Below, in pieces: positions 37,790 to 49,199 of a stretch of DNA of 64,000 nucleotides. The position numbers and the translations under genes are program-made. Source of the DNA: Lama glama (lineage: Eukaryota); contig CM052818.1 in the NCBI GenBank assembly GCA_028534125.1, positions 40,178,001-40,242,000 on the forward strand, given 5' to 3'. The notes beneath the pieces are model-generated. The model ran no database searches. It had not been told where the DNA came from and saw nothing but the letters and a program-made list of their open reading frames with translations. The stretch's first letter is position 1. Every line of letters starts with the position of its first letter.

Positions 37790-39755
37790 AAAAAAAAAAA
37801 GTAGTGAAAAGAGTATATATCATGCTAACTTTTGTGCTAAAAAGAAAATACATATAAATCTGATTATTTTTCATAAGGAAACATGAGAAGGATTAACATA
37901 AAGCATAAACTTGTTTTGCTACAGTAGGAGGAACACTCCCCTGAGTATAGAATTTTATAGAGTTTGAACTTATGGAAGATTAGTAATGTTCTATGTACTC
38001 AAAAATAAAGTTAATAAAGATGGTGGGAAAAAACTCAAACTAAATGTAAAGAGAAACAAGTAAGTCTACTGTATTTACAAATGAATAAAATAATCACACT
38101 GAAGGGAAAAACAGAACTAACACCAGTGACTGCAGAACACAATACTCTGAACATATAACTTCTGTCTGGAGGAAACAGAACTGCAAACAAGTCTTGAACT
38201 CTTCCAAGTAGGTTTTTAACTTTTTCATAGTATTTTGGGTCTAGTAATTATAAAAGTAATTTTTATGTAATGTGGAATTGAGAACTGAAAATACGTTAAT
38301 GTAATTGGGAGTCGAGATTCTCACTGTCGAAGAAGGAAGGTCGAAATATGGATTGAGGGAAGGCAGGGAAGAATCATGTGATGTAGAGTGGCACTTGAAA
38401 GTACTGGTATGAATTAATGATTTCTAAAGATATATACATAGTTTTCCCCCCAGCTCTGTCTGCTTAAAGTGCTTAGAAGCAGTGACACTCCAGTAGCAAT
38501 GAGCACATCTAGCATCTGGATCTTGACTTTCTCAATACCATTCCTTGGTAGAAGGGAAAAAGATCCTTGGAAAAATAACTGATTTCAGGATGGAGTGAAA
38601 AAAGCCAAAGATAAACCAGAAATAAATATCTTACTTTAAAAGAAAGTAATGAATTTCTCTAAAGGATACAGAGAGAATGTCAAAAAGACATGGGAGGCAA
38701 CTTGAAGGGCCTCCTACTGGCATCAAAATAAATAAGGAGGGTAATGGATTGTAACTCATTGATTAAAATATGAATTCATGAATCTATATTAAGATTGATA
38801 GATGACAGAGGATACATAGATAGGTAAGGAAGTGGGGCTTTTCCTCATAACAGAATGTCAACTGATAAATGTGAATGAAGTGGTGTAATCATCACAGTAA
38901 ACATGGGTTTAGACAAGAATCACAAATGAGTGCTAAGTCTAGCAGAGAAAGCTTATTAATTGCAAAGAGAAGATAACAACCGTAAGAAAAGAAACTGAAC
39001 AACCATTTGACCAGTGATCAAAATTAGCATCAACAATAAGAGCAGATAAATGTGGTAGGTTTCTGAATGTGATATCCTGATAAGGACACAGCCTCACTTT
39101 TGCAGTATTCCCACGGGAGATGCATAACCAGAATATAATCATGAGGAAATATCAGACAAACCCTGAATGAAGACATTCTGTAAAATAATTATTCTGCAGT
39201 CTTCAAAAATGTCAATCACATGAAAGGCATAGCAAGGCTGAGAAACTGTTACAGATTAAAGGAAACTAAAGAGACATGACAGCTAAATGTAATATGTGAC
39301 CCTATACTTGATCCCATAAATGGAAGGAAAAATGCTATTAAGGGCATGATTGGAACAATTGACAAAAGCAGAGTATGAAATGCAGGTTTAATACAAATTT
39401 TGCATCAGTGGTACATTTTCTAAATTTGATAACTATACAGTGGTTACATAGGAGAATATCAATTTTCTGAGAAAATGCACGCAAAAGTCTTAAAAGGTAA
39501 TGGAGCATGACGTATGTAAACTACTCTCTAACGGTTGGGATAAATTACAAACTATGCACATGCGTGTACACACACCACAAACACACACACCCATATGGAG
39601 AAAGAGAGATATGGGGAGGAGAGAGATTGTGGCAAAACAAATGTGGCAAAATGTTAAAAATCGGTGAATTTTGGTAAACGATATATAGAAGTTTTTAGTA
39701 CTAGTTTAGGAAGTTTTCTATTAGCTTTAAGTTATTCCAAAATGAAACGTTAAAA
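37790..39755 (+). mobile_element. L1MC-type (L1MC4-like) long 3' UTR
   Basis: ACTCCAGTAGCAATGAGCACATCTAGCA, CAGAATGTCAACTGATAAATGT, TGACCAGTGATCAAAATTAGCATCA, AATCATGAGGAAATATCAGACAAACCC and CAGATTAAAGGAAACTAAAGAGACATGACA; terminal TTCCAAAATGAAACGTTAAAA. Confidence 0.88.
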
Positions 39756-40295
39756 CAAGCAGCTATTCGTGACCAGATAATGAAGAGCACAATGTGCCCC
39801 ACGGTTACTGTCATTAACCACATAGCAACCAGCCCAGCAGGCCCGGTGGCATCTGAGCCCCGAATGTGTACACACACGTAGAGCCACTTCTGGGAAAGTA
39901 CACAAACCAGTCTGTGTACCTCATAAAGCCTTACTCAACGCCACAGGGTCCCTCAGGTGGCCTTGATAACTATAATGCCACACTCCCTGCAGGCCTTTGG
40001 CAGACGAAGAGCAGCCCAGATATCTTGAAGGACAGAGCTCCAATAATGGCCCCCAAAATACCTTAGGCCAGGGATCCCTAGACAGCTTCCTTTTAGGTGC
40101 ATTGTGGCCGTAAGAATGAATTCTCTTCCTCCATGGTCATCAGACCCTACCTTAATGAAGGTGTTCTGAGACCACAGGCAGCAAAGACAAAACAAACAAA
40201 CAAACAAACAAAAAACAAAAAATGGGCACGGTGCTATAGATTTGCAGTCTGGATTCACAGGATACCTTTTTTTAACAATCCCTTTAAAGATTTTA

Positions 40296-40427
40296 TTTTA
40301 TTTTGTCGGGTGTAGTTGCGTTTTTGGTTTTTTTTTTTTTTTTTTTTTTAATGGAGGTACTAGGGCTTGAGCCCAGGACCTCCTGCATGCTAAGCATGCA
40401 CTCTACCGCTGAGCTATACTCTTCCTC
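40296..40427 (-). mobile_element. Young camelid tRNA-derived SINE (Vic-1 type) with perfect 16-bp TSD
   Basis: Minus strand reads GAGTATAGCTCAGCGGTAGAGTGCATGCTTAGCATGCAGGAGGTCCTGGGCTCAAGCCCTAGTACCTCCATT plus a long A tail. TSD CCCTTTAAAGATTTTA at 40280-40295 and 40428-40443. Confidence 0.95.
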
Positions 40428-40569
40428 CCCTTTAAAGATTTTAAAGAGGCCACATGGTGATTCAGATAGAGTTCTGGGCTTAAAATTCAGGCACATTAGA
40501 AGTGATATGGCTGAAAGTATCGCTAATACTGAATAATTTGAATTCTAATTTTATTACATGCTAAATGGT

Positions 40570-41095
40570 TCACTTTCATATAATGCTTTGCAATTTGCGT
40601 GGCACTTTCAGGCATACCGTCTTGATCACAGCAATGCTGTCGACATTAGCAACGACTTTTTTTATGAAGCACTCACTCTGCAGTGAGCAGTCTATTAAGT
40701 GCTTCACATATATCTCATTTAATCAAAATAGCCCCATGAAGCAGTTATTATGATGCCAGTTTTCCATGAACCTCACGTAGGCTTAGTAAGTAATTTGCTG
40801 ATATTGCAGAGAGTGAGTTGTCATACTAGGATTTAAACACAAGACTGACATTAAAATCCAAGTTCTTACAATTATCCCCACAATGTCCCCTATGAAGATC
40901 ATTCCCATTATTGAAATCAAGGAACTGAGGCCCTGGAAAGCTGAAGGATTTATCTGAGTTTGGAAGAGCCTAGCTCAGCTCTCTTGGCATCATTCTTACT
41001 CTGGATGCTACAAGGATCACCTAAAACAATGGGTGGAAAAATGCTTTGTAAATTGTGAAATTTGTGAATATATGAGGATTAAATATCGTCATTAC
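40570..41095. mobile_element. MIR fragments (mostly antisense)
   Basis: TAAGTGCTTCACATATATCTCATTTAATC, CCCCATGAAG, AGGAACTGAGGC and CTAGGATTTAAAC. Confidence 0.7.
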
Positions 41096-41160
41096 CTTTA
41101 AAAACTTCCCCAGTGCATCATGAAAGCAAGGAGCAGCTGGAATTAAGAGGGGAGCTGAGA

Positions 41161-41769
41161 CGCTTTGGAAGTGTTTGGCAATTTCTTATAAAGTTAAACA
41201 CACTTACCGTTTGACCTAGCAATCCCTCTCCTAGGTATTTACCCAAGAGAAATGAAAATATATGTTCATATAAAAATCTGGATGGGAAAGTTTATTGCAG
41301 CTTTATTCATAATTGTCCCAAACTGGAAACAACCCAAATGTCCTTCAATGGGTGAATGAGTAAACAAACTGGAACATCCATGGAATGAAACAGTATTTAG
41401 CAATAAAATGAAATGAATTACTGATGCATGTAACAGCATGGATCACAAATGCATTAAGCTAAATGCCAGAAGCCATACTCAGGAAAGCTATAGGCTGTAT
41501 GTTTCCATTATATAATATTCCAGAAAAGGCAAAATTACAGGACAAAAATCAAAGCTGTGGTACCCAGAGGCTGGATATAGAGAAAGTATACTGAATACAG
41601 AAGAGCAGAAGGAAACTTTTCCAGGTGATACAAATGTTCACTGTCTTCTTCGTGCTGGTGGTTACACAACTGTATGCTTTTATTAAAAATCATAGTATTC
41701 TACTCAGAAAAAAAGCCTCCATTTTATTGGATGTAACTTATACTCCAATAAAACTGACTTAAAATATTT
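41161..41769 (+). mobile_element. 5'-truncated old L1M 3' end (L1MD/ME-like) with recognisable TSD
   Basis: TTTGGCAATTTCTTATAAAGTTAAACA...GACCTAGCAATCCCTCTCCTAGGTATTTACCCAAGAGAAATGAAAA...AACTGGAAACAACCCAAATGTCC...CAATAAAACTG. Flanks TAAGAGGGGAGCTGAGA (41144-41160) and TAAAAAGGAAGCTGAGA (41770-41786) match 14/17. Confidence 0.92.
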
Positions 41770-42292
41770 TAAAAAGGAAGCTGAGATTCTTTAAGAGTTA
41801 GCTAAACAGATCGATGGCTGATGCAGCCCTTGGCACCTGCCCCCTCCCCCAGCTTCCTGGGAATACTTTTCAGTAATGCCCTAGAGATGGTGCATCAAAA
41901 TTTTCCCAGGAAAACCATGTATACACAAGTCTTACACAAATGCCTCTCCACGCAGGGCTTTTGCTCTTCTCTGGCTTACTTCCACTTCTCAATTTATTTT
42001 GCTTATATACTTTAGCACTATTAAGGCACAGTCCATGCTGAGTCACCCACCTGGAGTGGGCCTGAGGAGACCTCACCTGCTTTGTTCCTTTCTCTGAGAA
42101 CCACTCTGAGCCTCCCTCCTATCAGGAGCTCCCCTTCCTCTTCTCCAGCTCCTGTTCATGGTTCAGGGCCCAGCTCTGCTCTGCCTCCCTGACCACCTCT
42201 GCCCAGCTCTTTTTGGTCATTTGGTTCTTACTGTATGCTGCTGCTGGTGATTATCTACAACCTCTTGCTTGGTCTCTCAAATACAGACACAG

Positions 42293-42698
42293 TGTGATAC
42301 TGCTTACTAGTGGCTCCTGACATCAATGTGTCTTCTTGTTCCTGGATAGAAGGTAGACTTTACTTCCTAGATGCCTTCACAGTTAAGTGCAGCCATGTGA
42401 TAATGGCCAAGGGTCTGTGAGAACAGATGTGTTTTGCTTACAGACAAAGCTTAGAAGAGAAAGCCTGAAATATCAATGGATTTGTTTCACTACTTGTTAC
42501 TGTGGAAGTCTCATATTGAAATGATAAAAACTGGAATATACTGAATCATGAAGGTACCATTCAGAAGATACCTTTGTAGAATCATCTCGACCTTTAGTGA
42601 ATTTTGTGTGGGGACAAAACAAACTTCCTTGTGATAGCTGTTGAGACTTGGGGGTTGTTTGTTACCACACTATAACTGAGGCTATCCTGACTAATACA
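42293..42698 (+). mobile_element. MaLR solo LTR (MLT1I/J-like), TG...CA
   Basis: GTAGACTTTACTTCC..CAGTTAAGTGCAGCCATGTGA..TGGCCAA; 3' end TTGGGGGTTGTTTGTTACCACAC...TATCCTGACTAATACA. Confidence 0.85.
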
Positions 42699-44729
42699 AG
42701 TAGGTAGCATAGAAAAACATCTGGTACGTTAGAATCCAACCCCACGGAAACTAACCAGAGAAATGGATAAGTAAATGTCGCCACAACTCCAGGGTTTAAC
42801 ATGCTGCCTGAAACACACCCAGCAGGTACCCAGTAAATGCCTATTGAATTGCTCTGGCCACACAGCTAGTCAGTGTAAAGCAAGGACCTACATCGAAATA
42901 ACAATAGTTACTCAAGAGCAAACTACTCTCAGTGGTAACAGATAACAATAATTTGAGACCATTCTTACTTTAGCTTTTAATCCCCATTTACTGAAATAAC
43001 GAGAACAAAACCGAAAAGAACATTATTTGGAAATCAGATATTCTTTTAAATTCTACTTCCTTTCAAGCAGATGAGATATTTATAAACTTACATAGTGCCT
43101 CTTTACTCAAAAATGATGATAGAGGTCTTCCTGAAAGCCAAGTCACGTTATGTGGACACTAAACACATATGCACACACATACACGTGCACACACATATAC
43201 ACACAGGCAATATGTTGTGTTATCTTAAATAAATGTATTAATAAAATATGCCTTTCATTATGTTTCATTTTAGGAAGGTCTTGGGCTTAGGCACCTAGGT
43301 AAATAAAAACAAAAGTGAGCTCAAATGGAAAAAAAAAAATAGATCTGTGTTCAGAAAATGGGGGTGAGAACCCAACCCTGCTGATCCTACTTTTGGTTGT
43401 GAGCATTCCAATCCCCTCCCCACCAAAACAGACATAAAATCATCTTATCTGCCTGCTTTACAGAATTTCTATGAGATATGAATGAAATTTTATTATAATC
43501 AATATCATTTAAAACTAGTATATTCCAGGGAAAAAAAACCCTAGTTTTTGTTATCTCTTTCCTAGTAAAAGCAAACATTCCACTTAGGCCAACAAATAGT
43601 TTTTCTTCATAGCTGCATTTTGTATTCTCCCAGGAGTTCCACATTTACTCTTCTCAAGAAAAATAAAAATTTAATGCATCTCTCCATCAAGGCACTCACT
43701 TCCAGGCTAAATACTCCGGAGTCGGAGCTATCTTCAACTCGTCACTCCAATCACAGGTTTTGGAGTTTTCTCTTCTCCTCCAGGTGTTGTCTACACCCCT
43801 GACCCTGCTCCTTCTCTCCTGTCCATGTGGGTTTTCATCAACCAATGCGGGGAGTCAGGTGGGGCTGCCCTTGCTGTGGGCAGAACACAGAAGGCTACGG
43901 AGAGTCCCGCGGAGGCCTAGAGGGATGTGAAGGAAATGTGGGAGTGTCGGGCGAATGCATGTTGATAGCACTGTAGGTGGGAAAGCTGGTCTGGAAATTG
44001 TTCCCCTCAGCCTGGATAATGTCCACAACATCTCCGCGCTCCCAACATTGCTGGACTTCTTTCTGTGCCACTCGGTGGGAAATGATTTTGTTAGGATCAC
44101 CCTTCATTCAGCAAATCACTTCTCTGAAGCTTTTGGAATTGCAGTTTCTGACTCCAGGTTTCTGCCAGCGCCGCGTACCTCGGTAGCTATTTCTCTACCA
44201 TTCTGGAACTCCCAATTAAGTTGCAGTCAAGGCTCTCGTGGCATAAATTAGGAACAGAAAAACTAGTTTTAACTCACGGCTCTGAAAAACAATCAGGAGA
44301 GCCACGAGGCCTGCTTTGGCAAAGGCTCCCTCTCAGCCGGGAAACAGGACAGCCCAGCCAACCAGTCAGCGGCGCCTTTTCTGTCCCACAGGAGCAGGGC
44401 CACTGGTGGGCACAAGGCGGCCTGTTTGCAGTGGCTCTGCTCCCAACCTGTGGCAGGGTCCTTGCTGCGTTTTTGGCAAGCTCAGAAAAGTAGTGGGAGA
44501 TGGTGGATGCTGGTGTTCTAACTGGGAGGCTAACTGCCTTCCTTCCAGATTTATGATCCCCGAGGTCCGAGGGGCACGCAACCCAGATCCTGGCCACTCA
44601 CAAGACAGCTTTGTGTTAACTCTTTGGAAACCTCCTATTATATTCTGATGTAAAGGGTCTGGGGCAGTCACTCCTTGGGATAACCCACTCTCTAAGCTTT
44701 AAGGGAGACACAGACGTCTTCTAGTCCCT

Positions 44730-45005
44730 TCTCTGCGTGCACAGAAGGAAACCCAGCATGCTCCCTCTCACATGGCCCATCAGTCATAAAAAACGCGACA
44801 CCGAAAATCAGCGGTGGGGGCGGGGCCGCGGCAGCACAGCGGCAAGTGTCCCTCCTCCTCCTGCTCTCGGGCCTGTGCGCCGAGCTGCACACAAACCCAC
44901 GGCTCCGTTTTCCTTTCTTGGCCCTGGGCCCCTTCTTTCCGGCACTCTGTTTCAAAAACATCACAAGCCACGCAGGTGGTTTTTGTTGCACCACAGCTCG
45001 TATTC
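44730..45005. promoter_or_regulatory. Short CpG-rich, GC-box-containing element (candidate promoter or enhancer)
   Basis: 16 CpGs in 44791-45000; perfect Sp/KLF box GGGGCGGGGC at 44817-44826; GTCATAAAA at 44783. Confidence 0.55.
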
Positions 45006-45334
45006 TTGACAGATCCTACATCTGCACATTAATACTCCTTGATGCCTCCAGCCTGAAACTTTCCCAGACACACTGGCCTAAGAGCCTCAGAAGCCATGCA
45101 CGAGGGAGACTAACTGCACAGGAATTCCTTCCTGGGTCTGAGGTTGGAGGGTCATGGCGTTTTAAAAAAGAGAAGCTTCATGGTCACTTAGCTCTGAACT
45201 TCAAGGCATCTGACTACATTAGAGACCCACCCTCCCTTCAGAGCGGTGAGTACTTTGGCCAGAGCTCTGGGGCAAATCCAAGTTACTATAATCGTGAGTT
45301 ATCACCATTGCCACAATTGCAATCACACAATTAA

Positions 45335-45600
45335 TGTTCACTGAATAAATAAATGAATAACAATAATAGTAATAATAGTTAACATTTATTGAGTCCCTCC
45401 CATGTATAAGGCACTGGTCTAGATTAGACAATTAATTTCCATTGCTCACAACTACTGTATAACGTAGATACTAATTTACACATTTAACAGATAACTTTAC
45501 TATGGAAATAAGTAGATAAGTAATCTGACCAAGACTACACAGTTGGATTAAAGGCAGAATAGGAAATTAAACAGAGCACAGGCTCCCAAACCCAGGTTAG
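45335..45600 (-). mobile_element. MIR
   Basis: TAACATTTATTGAGT...AGGCACTG...CTCACAACTACTGT...TTAACAGAT...TAAGTAATCTGACCAAGACTACACAG. Confidence 0.75.
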
Positions 45601-47989
45601 CTAATTCCACCTAATTATGCTGAGTTTAAACAAAAAGCAGGGGTTGTGAATGTGACAAAGAGGCTAAGGGCCTTGAAAACAAACTGCCCAGAAATTGATT
45701 TACGTACTGGGGTCTGTCTTTGAGGAAGCCATTGGAACACTTCACTGGCCAGAAGAAACATTTTTCTCATTTTACTAGCATGCAGTGAAATAGAATGGGA
45801 TGCAGTGGTTTGGACTGAGTGAAAAAGAAGTTTCCCAGATTTAATAAGAAATAAAGATTGAAAAAAAAGAAAAAAGGATTCATCCCCCAGGAAGGCTGGA
45901 AAGAGGAAAACAGCATCATCCCTGAAGATACTAAATAGATGAGTAGAGAGACTATTAATAAATCAGAGCTTTTAGAGATAGCAGCCAATAAAAAGAAACA
46001 GTGTTAGAAGTAGTTTTTGAGGGTCCATTTCCTCCCTTCCTTCTGAAATAACACGAATTGTGAGTAACACCATAGACATTATCTACAATGACTCCAAAAT
46101 GTTGTTTCTTTAAATCTATAATTTTTATTTTGAGGTTCACCCGGAGAAATTTGGCAGTTGTAAAAGTTGTCAGGATAGAGAAAGGGGGTCAACACAGGGG
46201 TCAAGGCATCTACTGGGGCCTGAAATCAAGCTGGAGAAGAGTGAGCAGGGGTAGAGGGAGCCCCCCTGACTGTCTGCTGAAGAAAAGTGACAGAAGGCCT
46301 GAGCCAGAGGGCTTCTCAGAGGGGAGGGCTGGAGGGCTGCCTCAGTCCCAAGTACATGACTAACCCATGACTTATGGAAAGCCTGACAGGTCTGACCTTG
46401 GAATGATGAAGAATCACACTGGAATTGACCACAGCCCCTTCGCTGGGCTTCAGCGCTGCCCTGAGGAGGGCTTCCATCATGTTCCCAGTATGACTTCGGG
46501 TATGAACAATATCTGTGGGTGTCAACCACAGCGACAGGTCTGGGAACATTCTCAAAACACACATCTTAAATCTCTTCCACTTGATTATCTAGTTTTAATT
46601 CCATCTACTATCCATGTAGATGGCTGAGAATGGGAAATCAGAGGGAGGTTTGATTCTGGGAAGTTTAACATTCTAAACTTCAGAGTCATGAAACTGAATT
46701 TGATTTCTCTGAAATCAGTTGGAGGTGCCCAAATAGATAATACATGATCAAACTAACACATACCAACTATTAGCTAAATCCAAGACATCTACTAATTTAT
46801 TTTTCACATTTTAACAGATCAGATTAGTGATCATGTTAGTATTAATGTAGTTAGTTGAATATCTCATTGGATACTCAGTGGGAAGCTGCTATGTGCAAAA
46901 AAGAAGATATGAACTATGCAGGAAGGTTGAGGAAATACAAACTTAAGATCCTGCCCCTATTTTAGGGGAAGTTAAGACCAGACGAATGAAATTCACTATG
47001 TTGTTGTATTACCATAATGATCTGCGGCCAGAAGCATTAAGTAGTATCATACGTAAATGAAATGAGTAGAAGGTGTCTAACTATTCTTAACATAAAGTTG
47101 CCCCCCCCCCACCTGCCCACTTCAACTTGCCCAAGGTACCTGAAGAAGGAAAAGGAAGAAGGCAAACTTTTTCAACTTCTGGAATATAAAGGGTTCTTTT
47201 ACCCTAGATAGTTTGAGATTCCATCTCAAAACTGCATAGGGTTGAGAGGGTAAGAGGAAATGATAAGGGCCTGCTCCCAGGTGGGTAGTCTATCAGGAGA
47301 TCCCTGCATCATGCTCGAATCCCAATGGGCTGTGCCCTTTTAGAAGGTTGAATAAGAAATAAACTGACTGCCAAAAATAGAAGATCCAGGAAACTTTCCA
47401 ATCTCCACATTGGCACTAGTGGAAGGAAAAAAATCTCCCCTGAGATATTATAATCACAACAGACCCTTCACAGGTTTGCCATCCAAATTTACGCCACCTG
47501 TGAGGTCTGAAAGATCTCAAGTGGACAATTTAATTTAAAGTGGTCCTAGGTCAGTGGTGCCCCCAGGAAACTGGCAGAGGCAAACACAAATCATTTCTGG
47601 AGGAATACTAATTCAACCCAGGCCTCAAAGAATTCCCACAGATAAAGTTCCAAAGAAAATGAACAACTCACTGGAAAAAAGAAAAACACAAAGAGTCCAA
47701 GCACCTTGAGTTAAATACAGGGGAGTCAGGTTGCTACATAGATCAGGTATTGTAAATCCCAGAGAATGTATCACTATGTTTACTTTGAAGAAATAAAGGA
47801 GAAGCATCAAAATATGAACAAGTAATAAATATTTTTAAGTGTAAGAATATTTTAAAAGATGTAAATAGCACATTAGAAATGAAAACTATAATGATTAAAA
47901 TTGAAAATAAAATGGATAGGTTAAACAGAAGGTTAAAGATGACAAAAATTAGTGACCGAGAATACAGATAAAAAGATAATATCAAACTT

Positions 47990-48038
47990 TTTTTTAACAT
48001 TTTTAATTGATTTATAATCATTTTACAGTGTTGTATCA
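47990..48038 (-). mobile_element. 49-bp 3' tip of a young L1 with perfect 20-bp TSD
   Basis: The insert TTTTTTAACATTTTTAATTGATTTATAATCATTTTACAGTGTTGTATCA aligns to the L1 3' terminus at ~51980. TSD AAAAAGATAATATCAAACTT at 47970-47989 and 48039-48058. Confidence 0.88.
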
Positions 48039-48732
48039 AAAAAGATAATATCAAACTTGCACCTCAGAAAGACAGAGAGATGAAAAATGTAAAAGTTAAG
48101 AACCAGAGCACAGAGTGAGGAAAGCCAACAAATGACTGATTATAATTATAGAAGATGGAATGAGAATAAGCCAATATTTAAAGATACTATGAGAGTTTTC
48201 CAGATCCCTTGAAGAACACCAACTCTCAGATCCAAGAAACTCAGTATATTCCAAAAAGAATAAATGAAAAATAACTCTACACAAAGATATATCACAGTTA
48301 AACTATGAACATCAAAGAAAATTAGTCCTTAAAGGAAGAATGGAGAAAAGATAGATAATCTGAATATCAGACTATCAGACAAATGACTCATTTCACATCA
48401 GTATGTATGGAGATCAGAGGAGAATGCAATATCCCGACATGCTTTACCCAAAAGATGATCTTTCAAGAAGAAGGGTAAAATAAAGGCATTGTTTTGCATG
48501 ATGAAAAGTGGAGTTTATCACAAAGATACCTTCACTGAAGGAAATACTGAAAGGAGTTAAATGAGATATTAGAAGGAAGGGTAAACAAAGAAATTGGCAA
48601 GTGGATTAATCTAAATAAATGTTGACTATAAAATTTTAACATTTAATTTGTGGGGAAATAAAGCTGAAATATGGAACAGCAGTAAGGTTTAAGTTTGAAG
48701 TTGGGGTAAGGTAAGGTATGTAGTTTTAGGCT

Positions 48733-48892
48733 TTGCTGCTCAAAGTGTGGTCCAGGTACCAGTAAGATTATCACCCAGACGTTTGTTAGAAATGCAGAAT
48801 CTCAGACCCCACCTTTGGCCTCCTGAATCATAACCTGCATTTTAATAAAACCTAGGGTAATCTGAACATACATTAAAAGTTAAGAAGCTATT
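48733..48892. mobile_element. MER5A-type hAT-Charlie MITE
   Basis: CTCAAAGTGTGGTCC...TTGTTAGAAATGCAGAATCTCAGACCCCACC...CTGAATCA...CTGCATTTTAA...CATTAAAAGTTAAGAA. Confidence 0.9.
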
Positions 48893-49026
48893 CAAGTATG
48901 TGGAATTTGTTAATTATGCATGTTAAAAAAAAAACCTAGAGCAACCGCTAAAAGCATAGACATACAGCATAATTTACAAACAATAGAGAGCAAAATGAAG
49001 AAATTAGGGAAAAAACTTGAATCACT

Positions 49027-49160
49027 ATGTCAGTCATTATAGTCTGGTTATTCAGTACCAAAAATCCTCATATATCATAGGCTTAAAACAACAAGGGATA
49101 ATTTCTTATTCATGTTGTACATCCTTTGTTAACAGAGAAACCCAGGGAACCAGATTGAAC
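49027..49160 (-). mobile_element. MLT1K/L-like LTR fragment
   Basis: TGTCAGTCA..ATAGTCTGGTTAT..CAGTA...GGCTTAAAACAACAA..ATTTCTT. Confidence 0.55.
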
Positions 49161-49199
49161 GGATTCCTTATATATTTAGGCTTAAATCAATAATCTGAC

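Larger units (their letters stand above)
47130..49020 (+). mobile_element. Ancient L1ME-type 5' region and ORF1, with nested insertions
   Basis: TCATTTCTGGAGGAA..CAACCCAGGCCTCAAAGAATTCCCACAGATAAAGTTCC; ORF1-like AATGGATAGGTTAAACAGAAGG, GAGAGTTTTCCAGA and TCAGATCCAAGAA; CCTAGAGCAACCGCTAAAA. Confidence 0.75.
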
